From Christensenellaceae bacterium (GTDB lineage: Bacteria; Bacillota; Clostridia; Christensenellales; CAAEEZ01), in assembly GCA_020024085.1 (NCBI GenBank), contig JAHHUG010000002.1, positions 1-48,872 on the forward strand: a DNA stretch of 48,872 nt, written 5' to 3'. Made by a program: the position numbers and the translations under genes. The notes beneath the pieces were generated by a model. The model ran no database searches. It was not told the DNA's origin and saw only the letters and a program-made list of their open reading frames with translations. Shown here piece after piece: positions 43,890 to 48,872 of the stretch (positions are counted from its first letter, which is position 1; each line of letters begins with the position of its first letter).

Positions 43890-45857
43890 TTAATTCCTTA
43901 ATTTCTTTTTAAGTTCTGCAATCTCATCTCGCAAGGTAATTGCCCTTTCAAAGTCTAAACTTGCAGATGCCACACTCATAAGTCCTTTTAGATACTCAAT
44001 TTGCCTTAAGATATCAGCCGTATCCATTTTTTCAATTTTTGCCTTTTTCTCTTCCGTTTTCTTGGTAATTTCAAGGGTATTCTGTACCGATTTTATAATA
44101 GTTTTTGGAGTAATATTATGCTCTTTGTTGTACTCCATTTGTATTTTTCTGCGATACTCTGTCTCATCAATAGCCCTTTTCATACTGCCAGTAATAGTAT
44201 CTGCATACATTATTACCTTGCTTTCGCTGTTTCTTGCAGCACGACCGATTGTTTGGATAAGCGATGAGTCGCTCCTTAAAAATCCTTCCTTATCAGCATC
44301 AAGTATTGCCACAAGTTGTACTTCCGGAAGGTCTAGTCCCTCACGAAGAAGGTTGATACCAACTAGAACATCAAATTCGCCAAGCCTTAACTTGTTGACA
44401 ATTTCTATTCGTTCCAAGGTATCTATATCACTGTGCATATATCTAACCTTGATACCCTTTTCCTTAAGGTAATCGGTTAGACTTTCTGCCATTTTTTTAG
44501 TTAAAGTGGTAACAAGTACCCTACCTTTATTATCTACAACTCTATTAATTTCACTAATTAAATCGTCGATTTGACCATCAATTTTTCTTACCTCAATAGG
44601 TGGGTCAACAAGTCCTGTTGGTCTAATAATTTGCTCAACGATTTGGTCTTGTTCGCCTAATTCGTAAGGTCCAGGAGTGGCAGAAACACATATAATTTGG
44701 TTAATTTTGCTATCAAACTCCTCAAAATTAAGAGGTCTATTATCAAACGCTGAAGGTAATCTAAATCCGTAGTCTACAAGATTAGTTTTTCTTGCTCGGT
44801 CGCCATTATACATACCTCTAATTTGTGGTAAAGTCATATGGCTTTCATCAACAAATACCAAAAAGTTTTTGTTAAAGAAGTCTAGTAATGTATATGGAGT
44901 TTGTCCAGGCACCCTACCATCAAAGTATCTTGAATAATTCTCAATACCATTGCAATAGCCAAGTTCCTTAAGCATTTCCATATCGTAGCTTACCCTTTCC
45001 TTGATTCGTTGAGCCTCAATAAGTTTGTGATTATCCTCAAAATATTTTACCCTTTCCACCATATCTTTGCCAATGTTGTCAATGGCCTTTTCCATAGTTC
45101 TGTCCCCGTAAACATAGTGAGATGCAGGGAAAATAAATGCGTGTTTAAGCTCGTTTAGTCGCTTGCCAGTGATTAGGTCAATCTCGCTAATTCTCTCCAC
45201 CGTATCACCAAAATACTCCACTCTAATTGCCTTATCGGAGTAACTTGATGGGAAAATATCCAAGACATCTCCCCTTACTCTAAATGTGGAACGGACAAAG
45301 TCAATATCTGCCCTCTTATACTGAATATCTACAAGTTTTTGGATAAGAACATCTCTTGGAAATTCCTCATCTGGTCTAATGGAAATGGATAAACCATAAT
45401 ATTCAAACGGTGCACCAAGACCATAAATACAAGAAACTGAACTTACTACTATTGTGTCGTTTCGTTCAAAAAGTGAACTTGTAGCAGAATGGCGAAGCTT
45501 ATCAATTTCGTCATTAATTTGCAGTTCCTTTTCGATATAAGTATCTGACCTAGGAATATATGCTTCCGGTTGATAATAATCATAGTAACTAACAAAAAAC
45601 TCAACTCTATTTTTAGGGAAAAACTCCCTAAATTCATTACAAAGTTGAGCTGCTAATGTCTTGTTATGGGCAATAACTAAGGTAGGTCGTTGCAATTTTT
45701 CTATAACATTTGCCATAGTAAAAGTTTTACCACTACCCGTTACACCCTTTAGTACCTGACATCTTAATCCATTATTCAAGCCTTCAACAAGCTTATCTAT
45801 TGCTTGAGGTTGGTCTCCCGTTGGCTTATATTTTGACTGTAATTCAAATCTATCCAT
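43890..45857 (-). CDS. uvrB: Excinuclease ABC subunit B
   Basis: 655 aa. [14 protein letters not shown], helicase motifs, and a C-terminal UVR domain ([11 protein letters not shown]). Confidence 0.95.
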   Translation of the reverse strand: MDRFELQSKYKPTGDQPQAIDKLVEGLNNGLRCQVLKGVTGSGKTFTMANVIEKLQRPTLVIAHNKTLAAQLCNEFREFFPKNRVEFFVSYYDYYQPEAYIPRSDTYIEKELQINDEIDKLRHSATSSLFERNDTIVVSSVSCIYGLGAPFEYYGLSISIRPDEEFPRDVLIQKLVDIQYKRADIDFVRSTFRVRGDVLDIFPSSYSDKAIRVEYFGDTVERISEIDLITGKRLNELKHAFIFPASHYVYGDRTMEKAIDNIGKDMVERVKYFEDNHKLIEAQRIKERVSYDMEMLKELGYCNGIENYSRYFDGRVPGQTPYTLLDFFNKNFLVFVDESHMTLPQIRGMYNGDRARKTNLVDYGFRLPSAFDNRPLNFEEFDSKINQIICVSATPGPYELGEQDQIVEQIIRPTGLVDPPIEVRKIDGQIDDLISEINRVVDNKGRVLVTTLTKKMAESLTDYLKEKGIKVRYMHSDIDTLERIEIVNKLRLGEFDVLVGINLLREGLDLPEVQLVAILDADKEGFLRSDSSLIQTIGRAARNSESKVIMYADTITGSMKRAIDETEYRRKIQMEYNKEHNITPKTIIKSVQNTLEITKKTEEKKAKIEKMDTADILRQIEYLKGLMSVASASLDFERAITLRDEIAELKKKLRN

Positions 45858-45859
45858 AA

Positions 45860-46246
45860 TTAAAATAAAGATGCTATGTATTGAATAAGTTTACCTATAC
45901 CGAATGAGAACAATGCAAAAACTATGGTAATACATATCTTAAAGTATATACTCTTTCTAAACAGCTCTTGCCACCTTTTGAAGTTAAGCCCTTTTTTGTG
46001 CATAGTAATGCAATATGTAAGCTCTCCTTTTCTGTCCGACTCCACGTAATCAAAGTAGTCGTCATTTTGAAGATTTACTAAAATCGGCTTTAACTCCTCC
46101 TCTTTTATATCCATTTTGTAAGGGATTTCGCTTAAAATATCAATAGGAGTAACTAGGCAAACACCATCTCGTAGTTTTGCCTCGTTAAATAAAGCTCTCA
46201 TAACAGCCTTTTCTTTTTTGGTTAAACCTTGTCTCTCTATTGCCAT
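45860..46246 (-). CDS. Hypothetical tail-anchored protein with an N-terminal winged-helix-like domain
   Basis: 128 aa. [17 protein letters not shown]...[10 protein letters not shown]...[17 protein letters not shown], with a single C-terminal TM helix ([22 protein letters not shown]). Its stop lies 2 nt before the uvrB ATG. Confidence 0.55.
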   Translation of the reverse strand: MAIERQGLTKKEKAVMRALFNEAKLRDGVCLVTPIDILSEIPYKMDIKEEELKPILVNLQNDDYFDYVESDRKGELTYCITMHKKGLNFKRWQELFRKSIYFKICITIVFALFSFGIGKLIQYIASLF

Positions 46247-46247
46247 A

Positions 46248-46742
46248 CTATCCCACTAAACCTATTATTAGCATAATTATTGCAATTATACCACCACCAC
46301 TCATAGCACCTGTAAAAGCTGACCAAAATATCTTTTTATAGTTTATTTCGACCTTTGTTGTAATTACTTTTTCTTGAGGTGTTTTTTTGAAAGTTTTCCT
46401 TTCCTTTGCTTGTGGGGTAGGCTCATTAAACTCTTCCTCCACGGCATTTACGGTGTTTTTAACAGAATTAATCATAGCTTTAGTAGACTCCATTTCCTTA
46501 AGCTCCTCTATCAAAACAGGGGCTTTTGGAGTAGGAGCTACTACACATTCTTGCAAATTGATAATTCTAGTTTCAATAGCACTTCTGCCCGAAAGGTCAG
46601 TTAATAGGCTTAAAAGCTCATCTTTATCTACCTTTTCGGTCATATGGTCAATTATTTCCTCCGGCTCTAATACAACATATGTATTAAGTGGACTTCTTTT
46701 TATTAAATATGCAAGTATATCTGCTTCCTTATGATTAATCAT
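46248..46742 (-). CDS. Hypothetical tail-anchored protein, paralogous architecture to the downstream gene
   Basis: 164 aa. HKEADILAYLIKRS...LEPEEIIDHM...ELLSLLTDLSGRSAIE, a charged linker, then a C-terminal TM helix (IFWSAFTGAMSGGGIIAIIMLIIGLVG). GAGGT RBS. 1-nt gap to the next gene. Confidence 0.55.
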   Translation of the reverse strand: MINHKEADILAYLIKRSPLNTYVVLEPEEIIDHMTEKVDKDELLSLLTDLSGRSAIETRIINLQECVVAPTPKAPVLIEELKEMESTKAMINSVKNTVNAVEEEFNEPTPQAKERKTFKKTPQEKVITTKVEINYKKIFWSAFTGAMSGGGIIAIIMLIIGLVG

Positions 46743-46768
46743 ATTTACCTCAATGATTTATTGATAAA

Positions 46769-48046
46769 TTATTGTGCTACCCTAATCAATGCATCAACAT
46801 TCATTACGCAGTTATTCTTTTCAACAAGTTCTGCAATAGCCTTTTGAATATCACTTTCCTTTGTCTCGTGTGTAACAATGATAATTGGAACAGTATTGGT
46901 ATCATCATCAGAATGTTTTTGAACAACTTGTCTAATTGAAACATTGTTTTTACCTAATACATCAGCGATTGTTGCAAAGTTACCTGCTGCATCAACAACT
47001 GATAATCTTAGATAATATCTGCAGAAGAAATCATTATTGAAGTCCTCATCAGTTGTTTCCTCTATGATATAGTTGTATGGTTCGGTTCTTTGTGCTGCAT
47101 AAATAATATCACTTACAATAGCACTACCTGTTGGGAAGTCTCCTGCACCTCTACCATAAAGCATAATATCGCCAACACTATCACCATTTAGTAATACTGC
47201 ATTAAATGAACCTTTAACGGTAGCTAGTGGGTTATTGTTTTTAACAAATGCTGGGTGTACACGAGCTTCAATCTTGCCATCAATATTTTTTGAAATAGCA
47301 AGTAGTTTAAGGGTGTAACCAAGCTCCTTACCATAGTTGATATCCTCGCTCTTAATGTTTGTCATACCCTCACGATATACTCTTGAAATAGGTACTCTTT
47401 TGTGATAAGCAAGTGTAGACAAAATACTAATTTTGTACATTGCATCAAAACCATCAACATCGGCTGTTGGGTTAGCCTCTGCATAGCCCAATCTTTGAGC
47501 CTCTTTTAGAGCATCTTCATAAGAAACTCCACTATCACTCATATTGCTAAGGATATAGTTTGTAGTACCATTGATAATACCTTGCATACTTTTGATTTCG
47601 TTAGCTTGCAATCCCTCGGTAATTGTACGAATAATAGGTACACCACCTACACAGCTTGCCTCAAAATACAAACCTGCATTACCTTTTTTAGCTGCCTCTT
47701 GAAGCTCTGGCCAATGCTTACTAAATAATTCCTTATTAGCAGTAACAATGCTTTTGCCTGCCTCTAATGCCTTAATTAAAAATGTTCTAGCTGGCTCAAT
47801 TCCACCAAAGAACTCGCAAACAATAGAAATATCCTTGTTGTTGATAACATTATCAATATCGCAAGATACAATGTCATCACTGATACCTAATTCTCTAGTT
47901 CTATCAAGATTTCTCTCAAGTACATGCATAACCTCTACATCAAGGTTTTGAGTCTTTTTGAAATACTCTCTTTTTTGTTTCAAAATGTTGTATGTGCCAC
48001 CACCAACAGTGCCAACACCTAATAATGCTACTCCTACTTTTTTCAT
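46769..48046 (-). CDS. hom: Homoserine dehydrogenase with a C-terminal ACT domain
   Basis: 425 aa. N-terminal GVALLGVGTVGGG Rossmann motif, a central catalytic domain, and an ACT-like tail. Confidence 0.9.
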   Translation of the reverse strand: MKKVGVALLGVGTVGGGTYNILKQKREYFKKTQNLDVEVMHVLERNLDRTRELGISDDIVSCDIDNVINNKDISIVCEFFGGIEPARTFLIKALEAGKSIVTANKELFSKHWPELQEAAKKGNAGLYFEASCVGGVPIIRTITEGLQANEIKSMQGIINGTTNYILSNMSDSGVSYEDALKEAQRLGYAEANPTADVDGFDAMYKISILSTLAYHKRVPISRVYREGMTNIKSEDINYGKELGYTLKLLAISKNIDGKIEARVHPAFVKNNNPLATVKGSFNAVLLNGDSVGDIMLYGRGAGDFPTGSAIVSDIIYAAQRTEPYNYIIEETTDEDFNNDFFCRYYLRLSVVDAAGNFATIADVLGKNNVSIRQVVQKHSDDDTNTVPIIIVTHETKESDIQKAIAELVEKNNCVMNVDALIRVAQ

Positions 48047-48819
48047 TTGTTATCCTCTCTATTTAAATCGTAAATAATTTTTAATCCTTTTATTGATAAA
48101 GCTCTATCGTACACATCAACCCAGCTATCCTCGATAATGTGTTCGCCAAGACCACCTGTTGCAATAACTTTTGCATTATGGTATCCTGTTTCCTCCTTTA
48201 TCTGCTCTACAATACCTTTTGTCAAATTTCTAAAGCCGTATAAAATACCCGACCTCATATTATCCATTGTATTTGTGCCAACAACTTTTTTTGGAAGTAC
48301 AAGTTCAAACTTTGGAAGTTTACTGCCTGCTGCGACCATAGCCTCTTGAGCTGTTTTAAGTCCAGGAGCAATCGCACCTCCAATAAATTCACCATTTTCG
48401 GAAATTACACCGAATGTAGTCGCTGTACCAAAATCAACCACAATGCTTGGCCCACCATAATTATGATATACGCAAGCTGCTGTGCAAATTCTATCTGCAC
48501 CAAGGTTTTCTGGTCTATCGTATTTAATAGCTAGTCCAGTATTAAGATTGCAATCCACCCAAAGTGGAGTTTTACCAACATAATGTTTGATTGAATGCTC
48601 TATTGTATAGTTAAGGTTTGGAAGAACTGAAGAAATGATTACCCCTTCTATATCCACCAAATTAATACCTATACTTTTACATAAATCCATTAAAGTAATA
48701 CCAAGCTCATCTGCTGTACGATTAATCTTTGAAGAAATTCTCCAGCTAGCGAACTGCTTATTCTTATTAAAGATAGCAATTTTAATATTGGTATTGCCTA
48801 CATCCATTACTAAAATCAT
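48043..48819 (-). CDS. coaX: Type III pantothenate kinase
   Basis: 258 aa. ILVMDVGNTNIK, GADR, VDFGTATT. ATGA overlap with hom. Confidence 0.9.
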   Translation of the reverse strand: MILVMDVGNTNIKIAIFNKNKQFASWRISSKINRTADELGITLMDLCKSIGINLVDIEGVIISSVLPNLNYTIEHSIKHYVGKTPLWVDCNLNTGLAIKYDRPENLGADRICTAACVYHNYGGPSIVVDFGTATTFGVISENGEFIGGAIAPGLKTAQEAMVAAGSKLPKFELVLPKKVVGTNTMDNMRSGILYGFRNLTKGIVEQIKEETGYHNAKVIATGGLGEHIIEDSWVDVYDRALSIKGLKIIYDLNREDNK

Positions 48820-48872
48820 ATAATGTCTCCAAATAAATATATTTTATTATACAATAAAACTATATATTTTTC

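Noticed and set aside
1-48872. A search by eye for tRNA/rRNA genes, CRISPR repeats, transposases or integrases, phage genes, toxin-antitoxin pairs and known defence-system genes.
   Set aside because: I found none. There are no GC-rich cloverleaf-like segments and no regularly spaced direct repeats. Every long ORF is accounted for by housekeeping or envelope functions. The NYN-like and PHP proteins sit in housekeeping contexts, not in a defence-island context.

Overview
This is an AT-rich chromosomal segment (about one-third G+C by eye, not computed). Its gene content and synteny fit an anaerobic, probably spore-forming Firmicutes/Clostridia-type bacterium. I call 51 protein genes, 46 of them on the minus strand, mostly in tightly packed or overlapping operons. 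All family calls come from motifs recognised by eye; no BLAST or HMM search was possible.

Main blocks:
- (1) A HydABC-type [FeFe]-hydrogenase operon (hydC, GHKL ATPase, 2Fe-2S ferredoxin, hydB, hydA). It is preceded by nadE and a five-gene putative sensory module (DRTGG, RsbW-like kinase, sensor-type hydrogenase paralogue, DRTGG, PHP).
- (2) malQ, an Sfp-type PPTase and an orphan ACP.
- (3) An NYN-like protein, ogg, and rplU-prp-rpmA with a candidate L21 leader.
- (4) The Clostridia-typical radical-SAM TIGR03960/TIGR03936 pair with RNase G.
- (5) glcK and manA.
- (6) A reduced morphogenesis/division block: ppx, maf, a divergent mreB-like gene, an unknown membrane protein, minD, a short minE, an unannotated 54-aa membrane ORF and a SpoIVFB-like M50 protease. 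No mreC, mreD or minC is present in the window.
- (7) rnfCDGEAB.
- (8) Two half-size TSUP/TauE genes.
- (9) A plus-strand island: a 1361-aa lipoprotein of five CBM-like repeats, a SpoVB/MurJ-like flippase, DUF421 and DUF4363.
- (10) coaX, hom, two tail-anchored winged-helix-like proteins, uvrB and uvrA.

I saw no tRNA or rRNA genes, CRISPR array, transposase or integrase, phage genes, or recognisable defence genes.

The candidates most worth follow-up are:
- the sensor-hydrogenase/DRTGG/GHKL/PHP module, which has no visible output domain;
- the TSCSP motif in the catalytic HydA;
- the giant enzyme-less multi-CBM-like surface protein;
- the degenerate MreB paralogue with its translationally coupled membrane partner;
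- the paired tail-anchored wHTH proteins wedged against uvrBA.

None of these is demonstrably a new system from sequence alone.
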